A stretch of 64,000 nucleotides of DNA, from assembly GCA_045114455.1 (NCBI GenBank), contig JBGUKN010000072.1, positions 945 through 64,944 on the forward strand, given 5' to 3'. Position numbers and translations under genes: made by a program. This document shows, in pieces, positions 1 to 11,653 of this stretch (the stretch's first letter is position 1; every line of letters begins with the position of its first letter). The notes under the pieces were generated by a model, which was given only the letters and a program-made list of their open reading frames with translations, was not told the DNA's origin and ran no database searches. This DNA is from Victivallales bacterium. GTDB lineage: Bacteria; Verrucomicrobiota; Lentisphaeria; Victivallales; UBA1829.

Positions 1-548
1 AGCTCATCCTGAACACCAACCTCGAAGCTGCGAAGGAGATCGCGCGCCAGATTCGCCTCCGCAACATCGGCGGACAGATCGTCATCGACTTCATCGATAT
101 GGCGAACAGCGCCGACCGCGAACAGGTCAACCGCACGATGAACAAGCTCGCCGACCTCGACCGCGCCCGCACGAAGATCCTCCCGATCAGCAAGTTCGGG
201 CTCATGGAAATGACGCGCCAGCGCGAGAGCGAGAGCGTGCAGGACTCCCTGTTCGACCCGTGCCCCTACTGCGGCGGCTCCGGCCATGTGAAATCCGCCA
301 TCAGCATGAGCGTGGAAATCCAGCGCCGCCTGCTCGAAATCCTCAAGCAGCGCACGAAGTCGAAGAAGGCCGCGACGGTCCGCGTCATCCTGAACCCGGC
401 CGTGCTCGCGCGCCTCAAAAACGACGATGCGAAGATCCTCTACGAAATGGAAAGCAAATACGGCCGCGACCTCGAGTTCCGCGCCGACCCCGCGATCCAC
501 GTCGAGGAATTCCGCCTCATCGACCCGAAGACGGGCGAACTTCTATAA
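1..548 (+). CDS. Ribonuclease E/G family protein, C-terminal part (5' end lies upstream of window)
   Basis: Reading frame is open to the window edge. Motifs IRLRNIGGQIVIDFIDM, ISKFGLMEMTRQR and CPYCGGSGHV are typical of the end of the RNase E/G catalytic domain. Confidence 0.85.
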   Translation, partial: LILNTNLEAAKEIARQIRLRNIGGQIVIDFIDMANSADREQVNRTMNKLADLDRARTKILPISKFGLMEMTRQRESESVQDSLFDPCPYCGGSGHVKSAISMSVEIQRRLLEILKQRTKSKKAATVRVILNPAVLARLKNDDAKILYEMESKYGRDLEFRADPAIHVEEFRLIDPKTGELL

Positions 549-1077
549 TCACCCGGACGGGCGGTTTCGCAGGCGGTTTCCCCGGATCCTCCGGCGGGCC
601 CGCGATCAGAGCCACGGTCACGGCCGCCAGACGCCACGGCAAGCCCATGATGCCGTCCGGCGCGGCGATCGGCGGATAGTAGACGCCCGTATCCGTCAGG
701 ACGCCGCCGTTCGCCAGGTGCCAGCATTCCTCCTCGTACACATAGTGCGTCTTCATGTCGGGACGCCAGTACACGCCGTCCCTGTGGTAATACCCGCCGT
801 CCGCGTAATAATAGCAGTCCCCGATCCACCCCGGATCGGGCATCCGTTCGGCGGGCTGTTCCTTCTCTTCCGGTTTCTTCTGCCGTCCGTCCGCCTCTTC
901 CGCGCTCAGGAGCGCGTACTCCTGTTCCCCCTGCCGGACGATCACGGCGTCGCGCCAGACCGGTTCCGTCTCCGCTTCATCCTCGGCTGCCGTGCACGCG
1001 AACGGCGCAAGCAGCGCCAGCAGCGCCAGCAGCGCCAGCATTTTCTGTATTTTTGAGGAGACCGGAAGCGTCTTCAT
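517..1077 (-). CDS. Secreted hypothetical protein (signal peptide, Tyr/Gly-rich)
   Basis: N-terminus MKTLPVSSKIQKMLALLALLALLAPFACTAA looks like a signal peptide. The opposite-strand ORFs are Arg-rich junk. The 3' end overlaps the RNase gene by 32 nt (convergent). No family recognised. Confidence 0.55.
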   Translation of the reverse strand: MKTLPVSSKIQKMLALLALLALLAPFACTAAEDEAETEPVWRDAVIVRQGEQEYALLSAEEADGRQKKPEEKEQPAERMPDPGWIGDCYYYADGGYYHRDGVYWRPDMKTHYVYEEECWHLANGGVLTDTGVYYPPIAAPDGIMGLPWRLAAVTVALIAGPPEDPGKPPAKPPVRVIIEVRPSSGR

Positions 1078-1105
1078 GTGATTATCTCCGGCGGGAAAAG
1101 CCTCA

Positions 1106-1471
1106 TTATCGATTCCGTGTCCACAATACCCGTTTGTTGAACTTCACGAAATCGACATGCGGAGGAATCCTGACCTCGTACTCGAATGCGCCCTGTCCTT
1201 CCACCACCAGAGTGCCGGTCAGAATGATCGCATTGCCGGTCGTTTCCTGTTCGATGCTCTTGATGCCCCAGGCGCTTTCGGCATAGTCTCCCTCTATTTT
1301 CAGGGTCAGCATGCCGTGATCCTCCTCATTCGGAATAACCGCCATGCTGGAAACGACAAGATAATCTTCGTTGATTTCTTTTGTCGTTTCGCATCCGGTG
1401 AACGATGCGACGCTCAGGAAGACCACGATGACCGCGCATAAAACGGTTCGAATGTTTTTCGTGTTCGACAT
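1106..1471 (-). CDS. Hypothetical lipoprotein
   Basis: The internal ATG at 1471 gives MSNTKNIRTVLCAVIVVFLSVASFTGC, a signal peptide plus lipobox Cys. The longer 151-aa start has no signal peptide. Confidence 0.6.
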   Translation of the reverse strand: MSNTKNIRTVLCAVIVVFLSVASFTGCETTKEINEDYLVVSSMAVIPNEEDHGMLTLKIEGDYAESAWGIKSIEQETTGNAIILTGTLVVEGQGAFEYEVRIPPHVDFVKFNKRVLWTRNR

Positions 1472-1517
1472 GCTTTCAGCCCTTTCATGGAGCTGCGAAT
1501 GGGGGGGTTGAGGTCCG

Positions 1518-2291
1518 TCAGTACAGCAGGCCTTTATCTTCCGCGTCCGTATAGGCCGCATAGAGGAAATATCCGAATCCGAAGGCGAACAGCATGATGC
1601 AGATGAAGCTCAGGTTGCCGGCGAAGGCATTCGTTTCTTTCACCTTGACGTCGCCGTCGGTAAAATAAGGGAACCCGACCGTTAAGAGCAAGGTATGGAG
1701 CAGCAGAACGATCTGTCCCAAAATGATCAGGATGAACGTGACGATCATGCCGGCTCTCCGGCTGAACAGCCGTGCGACCGGAAAAACCGCCAGAGGACAA
1801 TATCCCAGCAGAACAGCAATGCAGGACTGAATGATCGACCCGCCGAAGTCGTCATAGGGATGGCCAGTCCATGGATCATGGAAAATGATCGATCTGAGCA
1901 CGAGCACGATCAGGGGGAGCAGACACAGAAAACACACTTCCCACAGGAATGCCAGGCTTTTCCACGCGCCGGCGACGATCTCCTCGTCGGGACAGACGCC
2001 CCGGCATGCCGGGATCACGTCATTTTTGAATGCCCTGCACACGATGCAGCCCGGAATAAACGTGAGCGCGAGCAGGAGCAGAAGCACAATCGGCTGCAGC
2101 AGCGGGAGGACCTGCCACATATTGATCTTGAAAAGGAACAAAAGGACGATCTCCATCATGGCCGAAAGACAGATCAGCGCCGTAAGCGCCATTTTGTCCT
2201 GGCGGAAAACAGAGAACACATGACCCGCGCCGAGTGTGGCGCCGGCCGGCGATTCCGTCCGGGATTCCGTCATATCCATATTTTCGTTCAT
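1518..2291 (-). CDS. Polytopic membrane protein, unknown function
   Basis: 257-aa ORF with several long hydrophobic segments (e.g. LLQPIVLLLLLALTFIPGCIV, MIVTFILIILGQIVLLLHTLLL). No family recognised. Confidence 0.6.
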   Translation of the reverse strand: MNENMDMTESRTESPAGATLGAGHVFSVFRQDKMALTALICLSAMMEIVLLFLFKINMWQVLPLLQPIVLLLLLALTFIPGCIVCRAFKNDVIPACRGVCPDEEIVAGAWKSLAFLWEVCFLCLLPLIVLVLRSIIFHDPWTGHPYDDFGGSIIQSCIAVLLGYCPLAVFPVARLFSRRAGMIVTFILIILGQIVLLLHTLLLTVGFPYFTDGDVKVKETNAFAGNLSFICIMLFAFGFGYFLYAAYTDAEDKGLLY

Positions 2292-2343
2292 TGTTCAGCC
2301 CTTTCACGGTGTTGCTGATGGAGGGTTAAGACATCACAACTAT

Positions 2344-2372
2344 ATTTTATCATGTCTTTTGAGAAAAAGCAA
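2344..2372 (-). promoter_or_regulatory. Sigma-70-like promoter for the 1518-2291 gene
   Basis: Read on the minus strand: TTGCTT (2372-2367), 17-nt spacer, TAAAAT (2349-2344), about 55 nt upstream of the ATG at 2291. Confidence 0.4.
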
Positions 2373-2434
2373 GGGATAAATCATTATCTTTTGAAAAAAG
2401 CAAGGAAAAAACCGTTTGCGCCGTTCATGACGGC

Positions 2435-2875
2435 TCAGTGGATGCCGGTCGAACCGAATCCGCCGGCGTTCCGGTCGGTCTCGTTCAGCTCGGCGGCAGG
2501 CGTCAGGACGACATCCGGGAGCGCGGCGATCACCATCTGCGCGATGCGGTCGCCGCGGTGCACCGGAAACACATTTTCCCCGGCGTTGAACAGGATCACG
2601 CAGACTTCGCCGCGGTATCCGGCGTCGATGGTGCCGGGCGTGTTGAGCAGGGTCACGGCGTGCTTGAGCGCGAGGCCGCTGCGGGGGCGTATCTGCGCCT
2701 CGTATCCGACCGGAAGCTCCAGGAAAAGCCCGGTCGGGATGAGCGTGACTTTGCCGGGCTGCGCCTCGACGTCGACGCGGCTTTTCATGTCCCAGGCGGC
2801 ATCGTCTTCGTGGGCTTTTTTCGGGGCGAGGTCCTCCGCACCCTCCTGCATTTTGAAACGGACCGGGATCGGCAT
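2435..2875 (-). CDS. dut: dUTP diphosphatase (dUTPase)
   Basis: The internal ATG at 2875 gives a 146-aa protein with RPRSGLALKH, GTIDAGYRGEV, GDRIAQMV and GGFGSTG, the five classic trimeric dUTPase motifs. Confidence 0.9.
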   Translation of the reverse strand: MPIPVRFKMQEGAEDLAPKKAHEDDAAWDMKSRVDVEAQPGKVTLIPTGLFLELPVGYEAQIRPRSGLALKHAVTLLNTPGTIDAGYRGEVCVILFNAGENVFPVHRGDRIAQMVIAALPDVVLTPAAELNETDRNAGGFGSTGIH

Positions 2876-2901
2876 GGTGAAATCTCCTTCCGGGTTAAAG
2901 C

Positions 2902-4134
2902 TCAGCTCTTCAGGTCGATGGAACGGCGTATCCCGTCCGCAATAAAGTTGAACGCGGTCACGCACAGGAAAATGGCGAGGCCGGGCCACAGCATCAGGTT
3001 CCAGTAGTTCAGCGGGTCGGCGAACGCCTGCTTCAGCAGCTCGCCCCAGCTGGCGGACGGCGCCTGCACCCCGAATCCGAGGAAGCTCAGGCTATTTTCC
3101 GCCAGGATCGCGCCCGCGATGCTGAACGCGAACGAGACGAAAATCGGCCCGGAGACGTTCGGCAGGAGATGCCGGAACAGGATGCTGTGCAGGGGCACGC
3201 CGAGGCTTTCGCAGCTCTGGATGTACGCCATCTGGCGCGCCTTCAGCACCTCGCCGCGCACCAGGCGGGAGAGGCCGGGCCATCCGGTCATCCCCAGCAC
3301 GAAGATCACGAGCAGGATCGACTGGCGCGTCCCGTAGTCCAGCATGATCGCCATCAGGATCAGCAGCAGCAGAAACGTCGGGAAACAGATCACGATCTCC
3401 ACCAATCTCTGTACGATCAGGTCGATGCGGCCGCCACGGTACCCCGAGAACAATCCGATCATCGTCCCGAGCACAAGCTCGATCGCGGTCGCGAGGAACC
3501 CGACCGCAAGCGACACGCGCGCCCCGTACATCATGCGGGCGAAAACGTCGCGCCCCACGTTGTCGGTGCCGAACGGATGCTTCCGCGATGGCATCGCGTA
3601 GGTGTCCGGCGACGTTTCGAACGGCCCGTACGGCACGGCGGCGAAGTAATATTTCGACAACGTGTCTTCTTGCGCGGTCTTCCGCCAGTCGACCTGCGTC
3701 ATCTGCGGACGGGAAAGGCAGAACGGGACCGCAAGCAGGATCAGGACTGCCGCCAGCGCGGGCCAGAGGATCCTTTTCCGTTTCCGGAAACATCCGTACA
3801 GGATCAGCGACGCCGGGATCGCCAGGAACAGCCAGTTGAACATCTTTTCCACGAAGACCTCCTGCGCGTCCGGGGCGAAAAAGTCGCGCAGCGCCGGGCT
3901 CGAAAGCGTGCCGTCCGCGGATACGATCAGGAGCGGTTTGCCGTTCACGAACAGCGGCGCGGCGACGGCGGCAAGGATCAGCAGGACGACGAAAGCGAGG
4001 CCGCAGACCGCGGTCTTTTCGCGGAAGAACCTGCGGAGCATGAGCCGCCCGGGCGTCAGGTACGCTGCGGAATCCTCCCTTTCGGGCGGATTCTGCGTCT
4101 GTTCCATCCGTTCTGCCGTGCCGTCCTGTTCCAT
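2902..4134 (-). CDS. ABC transporter permease, OppC/DppC-like (atypical N-terminal half)
   Basis: GTDNVGRDVFARMMYGARVSL, and the C-terminal half matches binding-protein-dependent transport inner-membrane components (EAA-like region ARQMAYIQSCESLGVP). Start chosen at MEQDG, 20 nt after the clpC stop. Confidence 0.8.
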   Translation of the reverse strand: MEQDGTAERMEQTQNPPEREDSAAYLTPGRLMLRRFFREKTAVCGLAFVVLLILAAVAAPLFVNGKPLLIVSADGTLSSPALRDFFAPDAQEVFVEKMFNWLFLAIPASLILYGCFRKRKRILWPALAAVLILLAVPFCLSRPQMTQVDWRKTAQEDTLSKYYFAAVPYGPFETSPDTYAMPSRKHPFGTDNVGRDVFARMMYGARVSLAVGFLATAIELVLGTMIGLFSGYRGGRIDLIVQRLVEIVICFPTFLLLLILMAIMLDYGTRQSILLVIFVLGMTGWPGLSRLVRGEVLKARQMAYIQSCESLGVPLHSILFRHLLPNVSGPIFVSFAFSIAGAILAENSLSFLGFGVQAPSASWGELLKQAFADPLNYWNLMLWPGLAIFLCVTAFNFIADGIRRSIDLKS

Positions 4135-4153
4135 ATCGGGGCTCCGGTCCGGT

Positions 4154-6670
<2,517 letters not shown>

Positions 6671-6718
6671 GTCGTTTCTTTCCTGCGATGTCTTATTCCG
6701 TTCTTTATCAGAAAGTTC

Positions 6719-6738
6719 GGGACGCGTCGACGCGTCCC
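6719..6738. repeat. Perfect 20-bp palindrome GGGACGCGTCGACGCGTCCC between the upstream gene stop and the clpC start
   Basis: Read directly from the sequence. It lies 49 nt upstream of the clpC ATG on the minus strand. It could be a terminator of the 6895-7743 gene or an operator. Confidence 0.35.
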
Positions 6739-6894
6739 GGTCCGTCCCTCTTTCCCCGCCCGCCGGTTCAGCTCATACGGCCCGATACGCCGGGCCTGTT
6801 CATGCCATACGGCGGTCCGTCCGCTTCAGCCGGAGAGGGAATTGCCCCCTCCTGGCCCGCTGCGGACGAAATCCGGGGTACAGGCAAACTCAGC

Positions 6895-7743
6895 TCACTT
6901 TGTGATGAAGTAGTTCGGGTTCGCCTCGATGTAATCCGAAAGCGTATCCGCATTGATGAAGAAATAATGAAGGTCGAACGCTTCGGACAGGTCCTTCGGC
7001 GCCGAATTCTTCTGCATATCGAACGTGGTTCCGTCATCGCGGATGTAGTCGATGATGGCGCACACGCGGCTTTTCTTCAGCATGTCCTGTTCGACGTAGG
7101 GAAGTCCGACGTCGTTCATGAGCAGCATGTTGTTCTTGCCGGTGGAGGTGTTCTTCTTGGTGAGGAACGTGATTTTCTTAAGTTCGGAGACCGAATTGGG
7201 GAGACCGACGAAATTGACGACGATATCGACCTTGTCGTACACCTGATCCAGTTTTTTCTTCATGATGGCGGCATCCGTGGGGTCCTCAAGCCGTTCCTCT
7301 CCGGTCTTCTTGTCGACGCCCATTTCACCGACCGTCAGCACTTCCGACCAGGAAACGCCCTTTTCCTCAAGACGCTTCTGAAGCTCTTCCATCACGAAAC
7401 GGGTATCCGATTCGCTGTCGTTGTTGGAGGTTTCGTCGATCAGGAAAGCGACCGTGCCGCCGTTCTCCCGGAAGCGGTCCGCGATATAGGATGCGGCCTT
7501 CTCGGCCTTCGCCATATGGAAGATGCGGGCGTTTTTCTCCACGCGGGCGTCTTCGGATTTCTCGGGGGACACCAGGAATCTGCCGGCCACGCCGCCGACC
7601 ACCATCGCTGCGCCCAAAAACATGATGATGCGGGCATTGGACTTCGTGTTCTGGTTCTTGATGCCCCAGACCATAACGATAAATCCGACCGCCATCACGA
7701 TATAAACGGCCAGGACAGGAAGTTCGACGTTTGCTAAGATCAT
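6895..7743 (-). CDS. Membrane-anchored hypothetical protein (two N-terminal TM helices plus a soluble alpha/beta domain)
   Basis: The ATG at 7743 is preceded by AAGGAG. N-terminus MILANVELPVLAVYIVMAVGFIVMVWGI. The rest is hydrophilic and no family was recognised. Confidence 0.6.
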   Translation of the reverse strand: MILANVELPVLAVYIVMAVGFIVMVWGIKNQNTKSNARIIMFLGAAMVVGGVAGRFLVSPEKSEDARVEKNARIFHMAKAEKAASYIADRFRENGGTVAFLIDETSNNDSESDTRFVMEELQKRLEEKGVSWSEVLTVGEMGVDKKTGEERLEDPTDAAIMKKKLDQVYDKVDIVVNFVGLPNSVSELKKITFLTKKNTSTGKNNMLLMNDVGLPYVEQDMLKKSRVCAIIDYIRDDGTTFDMQKNSAPKDLSEAFDLHYFFINADTLSDYIEANPNYFITK

Positions 7744-7986
7744 TTGGACTGACTCCTTTGCAGCTGGTTCGGGCGCGCGGGCGAACGCACGCCGGATAAT
7801 TTGTGAAAAAAGACTGTACAAGAGCAATATATCATACTTTTGGCCGCTTTCAAACTCTTTTCCTCTTTTTCTCTATAAAAAAGCCGTTTCTTCCGCCGGA
7901 ATCATGGCGGTTCCCGTCTCGCCTGCATTCGAAAGCCGTTCCGGGTTCGGTTCGAAGAACACATCGCTTTGCGACGGAAAAGGATG

Positions 7987-9066
7987 TCAGCGGGCGAGCT
8001 TTTCGAGGGAACGGGCCAGGGCGATCTGGGTGCGCGCACGGTCGAGGTTGTGGCCGGGGCGCGCCGTCTTGAAATACCGGTCGCCGTCGAGATAGTCGGA
8101 CAGGAACCGCACGGCGAGCTCGAACGTGATGACGGCTCCGGCGACCGGCATGAGATTGATCTCCTGTTCGGTCAGGTAGCCGTCATATCCCGCCAGGAAT
8201 CCTTCGGCGCAGGCGTCGTACATGTCGCGGCGGGCTTCCAATTTTTCGAGCTTGCCGGCGTCCTCGCGTGCCGGATTCGCCGCCACGCGCACGAGGTCGC
8301 CGAAATCGTACAGCGCGAGTCCCGGCATGACCGTGTCGAGATCGATCACGCAGATCGCCTCGCCCGTCGCGTCGTCGAGCATCACATTGTTGATCTTCGT
8401 GTCGTTGTGCGTGATGCGCTCCGGGATCAGTCCGGCGGTGAACGCGTCCGTGATGAGGGGGGCAAGATGACGCATGGCGCCGATCTCGGCGAGCTCCCGC
8501 GCGGCGGACGCGGCGCGCCCGAGGCGGTCCTCCGTGGCGATTGCGTCCAGCGCACGCAGGCGCGCCGGGGTGTCGTGGAACGCGGGGATCGTCTCCTGAA
8601 GGCGGGGCGGCGGCAGGTCGGAGAGATCGCGGGCGAACCGGGCGAACGCGAACGACGCGGTCCGGGCCTGTGCGGGCTCGCGCACGGCGTCGACCGTGCC
8701 AGCATTCTCGATCATGCGGTAGCAGCGCCAGCACGCGCCGGAATCGTCGAACCGGCACGGGCGGGCGTCCTTCGCCGGGACCACGGTCAGCACGCGCCGG
8801 CCGGCATCCGGCAGGACCGCGTATTTCTCCTTCAGATGCCGCGTCACGCGCACGATGTTGTCCATCACGGCCAGCGGATTCGGGAAAACGTGCGGATTGA
8901 TGCGCTGAAGGACAAACCGCACATACGCGTCGGACGCGGGCTTTTCGACCGTCAGCGCGAACGTGTCGTTGATGTGCCCGCTGCCGAACGCCGCCGCGGA
9001 AACGGCCCTGCCGCCCAGCTCGAAGTGAGCGGCGGCTTCCAGTGCGGTCCGGTCGGAAACGGGCAT
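7987..9066 (-). CDS. N-acetylhexosamine 1-kinase-like (NahK/APH-fold anomeric sugar kinase)
   Basis: Collinear by eye with Bifidobacterium NahK as I recall it: GSGHINDTF, FHDTPARL, THNDTKINNVMLD, IDLDTVMPG, YDFGD, RFLSDYLDGDRYF, GHNLDRARTQI. Start at MPVSD (9066). Confidence 0.8.
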   Translation of the reverse strand: MPVSDRTALEAAAHFELGGRAVSAAAFGSGHINDTFALTVEKPASDAYVRFVLQRINPHVFPNPLAVMDNIVRVTRHLKEKYAVLPDAGRRVLTVVPAKDARPCRFDDSGACWRCYRMIENAGTVDAVREPAQARTASFAFARFARDLSDLPPPRLQETIPAFHDTPARLRALDAIATEDRLGRAASAARELAEIGAMRHLAPLITDAFTAGLIPERITHNDTKINNVMLDDATGEAICVIDLDTVMPGLALYDFGDLVRVAANPAREDAGKLEKLEARRDMYDACAEGFLAGYDGYLTEQEINLMPVAGAVITFELAVRFLSDYLDGDRYFKTARPGHNLDRARTQIALARSLEKLAR

Positions 9067-9091
9067 GTTTTTTTCTCCGCAGCCTTTGAAT

Positions 9092-10000
9092 TCAGGAGAG
9101 CAGCGGCGAAGGATATATGCCGGATTCGACCAACACGGCGATCCCCGCCTGCACGCGCGGCTTGTCTTCGCGGTAGGTAACGCCAAGCCAGGAATCCCGG
9201 CTTTCCAGGATGCCGACGGAGGCCTGTCCCGCGCCGATCATGGAGGCGACGGCGGCGGGAAGATAGAACTCGGATTTGAGCTCGCCGCCGTGTTCGCCCA
9301 GGAAATCTTCGAAGAGACCGCGGAGTCCGTCGAACAGCGAGGGCATGAAGCCCCAGAAGTTCATGGAGACGATCTCGCCGCCGGTGAACGCGAGCTTCGC
9401 GCCGGATTCGTCCACGGCGACCGCGCCGACCGCGCCATCCGGCTCGATCTTCGTGCGCTCGGTGACTTCCTTCAGCGTGCCGTCCGGGTTTGCAGTGCAG
9501 ACGCCGCGCGAGACGGAACCGAACTTGGAAAGCGTGTTGCGAAGCGGGTATCCGACCATGAAATGACGGCCGGGATCGGCATTTTCCGCGAGGGCTTTTC
9601 CGAGCTGCACAAATCCGCTGCGCCCGTAGAAATCGTCCGCGTTGATCGCGGCGAACGGGCCGGATATCTTATTTGCGGCGCAGAGCACGGCGTGGCCGGT
9701 GCCCCACGGTTTCTGGCGGCCTTCTGGGACGCCGTGTCCCGCGGGCAGGGCATCGAGCTCCTGAAACGCGTATTCCACGGCGACGCGTTTTTCCCACTTC
9801 GCGCCGACCGCCTCGCGGAACGCCTGCTCGATGTCGCGCCGGATCACGAACACGACCTTGTTGAACCCGCCCTGCATGGCGTCGTGGATGGAATAGTCGA
9901 GGATGATCTCGCCGTTCGGCCCGACCGGGTCGATCTGCTTGAGTCCGCCGTAGCGGCTTCCCATTCCGGCGGCGAGCACCATCAGCGTCATTTCTTTCAT
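9092..10000 (-). CDS. Sugar-1-phosphate nucleotidyltransferase (NTP_transferase fold)
   Basis: N-terminal LAAGMGSRYGGLKQ nucleotide-binding loop and PWGTGHAV. 302 aa. Sits directly between the NahK-like and ROK genes. Confidence 0.8.
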   Translation of the reverse strand: MKEMTLMVLAAGMGSRYGGLKQIDPVGPNGEIILDYSIHDAMQGGFNKVVFVIRRDIEQAFREAVGAKWEKRVAVEYAFQELDALPAGHGVPEGRQKPWGTGHAVLCAANKISGPFAAINADDFYGRSGFVQLGKALAENADPGRHFMVGYPLRNTLSKFGSVSRGVCTANPDGTLKEVTERTKIEPDGAVGAVAVDESGAKLAFTGGEIVSMNFWGFMPSLFDGLRGLFEDFLGEHGGELKSEFYLPAAVASMIGAGQASVGILESRDSWLGVTYREDKPRVQAGIAVLVESGIYPSPLLS

Positions 10001-10038
10001 GTTGAACTCCTGTTTATGTGAGGTTGGTTGATATGAAA

Positions 10039-11451
10039 TCAGGTTCGGATTTCCGCGAGCGTAGCCGCTGCGACGGCCTGCCCATGCCGCCGCAGGGAAT
10101 CGTCCGGCACATCGACGGTCGTTTTCAGTTCGGGGAAGACTTCCGCGAGGATGCGGTTCGCCTCGCGGCAGATGAGGTCGCCGCCGATGCCGCTCGTCAC
10201 GCGGCCCATGATGACGGCAGTCCCTATGACCGGATAGAATTCGCAGAACCCCGCGACCGTGTACCCGAATGCCGTTCCGATGCTGCGGAAGACGTTCAGT
10301 GCGCGTTCATCGCCCTGTTCCGCCAGCGCCTGGATATCCAGCAGTATCCGCGGCAGGGGCATTTCCGCAGGAAATTCCAGCCCCGCGGCAGCCGCAAGAC
10401 GCGCCGCGCCCTGCTGGGAGAAATAGTTCACGCCGCAACCATAGTCCCCGCTCCATTCGTCGCGCGGCGCCGACGCGGAGTAGTCCACTGGCACGAAGGC
10501 AAGCTCGTTCAGGCGGCTGGTGATATACCCCGCACCGTTCACATACCCGCCCGCCATGCTGCTGCCGAACGACGCGCCGAGGACACCGTTGCAGCCGAGC
10601 TGGATCGAAGCGGCGAGCGCGGCGGCCTCCCCGTCATTCACGACTGCGAACGGCACGCCGTTCCAGTCTTTCCTGACGAACTCGAAAACGGGTGCGGCTT
10701 CCTGTTCGAATCTCTCCGGCGGAACGCTGCGGAAAAGCGAGGCCATCCGCACTCGGTTGTTGATGTACACGCCTGCGGCGCTGCCGCCGATGGCGTCGAC
10801 GCGCGGCAGATGGGCGGCGGCACGCCGGATGGAATCGTTGATGCCCGCGCGGTGCCAGGCGGGGTCGGCCTGTTTCGACGGATCCCACACGACTTCCTCG
10901 GAAAAAATGACCTTGCCGTCCTGCATGGCGGCGCATTTGCGGTCGCTCGCGCCGAGGTCGAACCCCACGCGACAGCCCTCGAAATGCCGTCCGAAACCGT
11001 TCTGAGGTTCACAGGCAGACGGCGCATCTTCGTATGCGACGGACTCCACACCGAGCGGAGTTTCATATATCTTCGTCATGCTGGCGAAATCGAAAGCGCG
11101 TTCTCCATCCGGTGCATAGATTTTCGCAAGTCCCGTCGCCACGGCGTCCGGTCCGGCGACGATGATCCGGCTTCCTCCGGCGATCCACAGCAGGCTTTTC
11201 ACAAGGCGTTCCGCATGGCACACATTCGCCGCGGCTTCCGCCGCATCGGGACTGCCGTACACGACGGTCTCGACCGTCACGACCTGCCCGGAAGGATTCG
11301 CGACCGCGAGTTTCAGCGGTTCCGCGCGGCCCGACGCATGGACCGCATCGCGGAAGGAACGATGCTCCAGCACGGCCGGACGGAATCCGGGTTCGAGACA
11401 CGGGAGTGGAAATCCGCCTGTTCCGCCGTACGGCGTTTCCATGTTTGCCAT
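10039..11451 (-). CDS. ROK-family sugar kinase-like protein with an N-terminal extension of about 190 aa
   Basis: VGFDLGASD (ATPase phosphate-1 motif), VVNDGEAAALA, and a GSSMAGGYVNG-type ROK region. The ATG at 11451 is preceded by AAGAGG. Confidence 0.7.
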   Translation of the reverse strand: MANMETPYGGTGGFPLPCLEPGFRPAVLEHRSFRDAVHASGRAEPLKLAVANPSGQVVTVETVVYGSPDAAEAAANVCHAERLVKSLLWIAGGSRIIVAGPDAVATGLAKIYAPDGERAFDFASMTKIYETPLGVESVAYEDAPSACEPQNGFGRHFEGCRVGFDLGASDRKCAAMQDGKVIFSEEVVWDPSKQADPAWHRAGINDSIRRAAAHLPRVDAIGGSAAGVYINNRVRMASLFRSVPPERFEQEAAPVFEFVRKDWNGVPFAVVNDGEAAALAASIQLGCNGVLGASFGSSMAGGYVNGAGYITSRLNELAFVPVDYSASAPRDEWSGDYGCGVNYFSQQGAARLAAAAGLEFPAEMPLPRILLDIQALAEQGDERALNVFRSIGTAFGYTVAGFCEFYPVIGTAVIMGRVTSGIGGDLICREANRILAEVFPELKTTVDVPDDSLRRHGQAVAAATLAEIRT

Positions 11452-11566
11452 GATAACCTCTTTCGACCAAAACGATGCGGACGCCGACCCGCGGGCCGTT
11501 CCGCTTTTCTCATACCATTTATTATGATTACAATACACGCGCGCCCTGATTTTTTCAAGCATCGTT

Positions 11567-11594
11567 TTGAATTTCTCCGGGATGATGCTATATT
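11567..11594 (+). promoter_or_regulatory. Sigma-70-like promoter
   Basis: TTGAAT (11567-11572), 16-nt spacer, TATATT (11589-11594), upstream of the DUF362 gene. Confidence 0.45.
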
Positions 11595-11653
11595 AGATTT
11601 TCCCGAAAATGCACCCCAGACGAACTTATCGCCGACACCACGGAACACATCCA

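Noticed and set aside
1012-1038. Threefold 9-bp tandem repeat CAGCGCCAG
   Set aside because: It encodes the LALLALLAL hydrophobic core of a signal peptide on the minus strand. It is a trivial coding repeat.
11609-11653. Longer N-terminus (MHPRRTYRRHHGTHP) for the DUF362 gene
   Set aside because: The upstream ATG would sit only about 8 nt from the predicted transcription start, and the extension is basic junk-like sequence. It is kept only as an alternative start.
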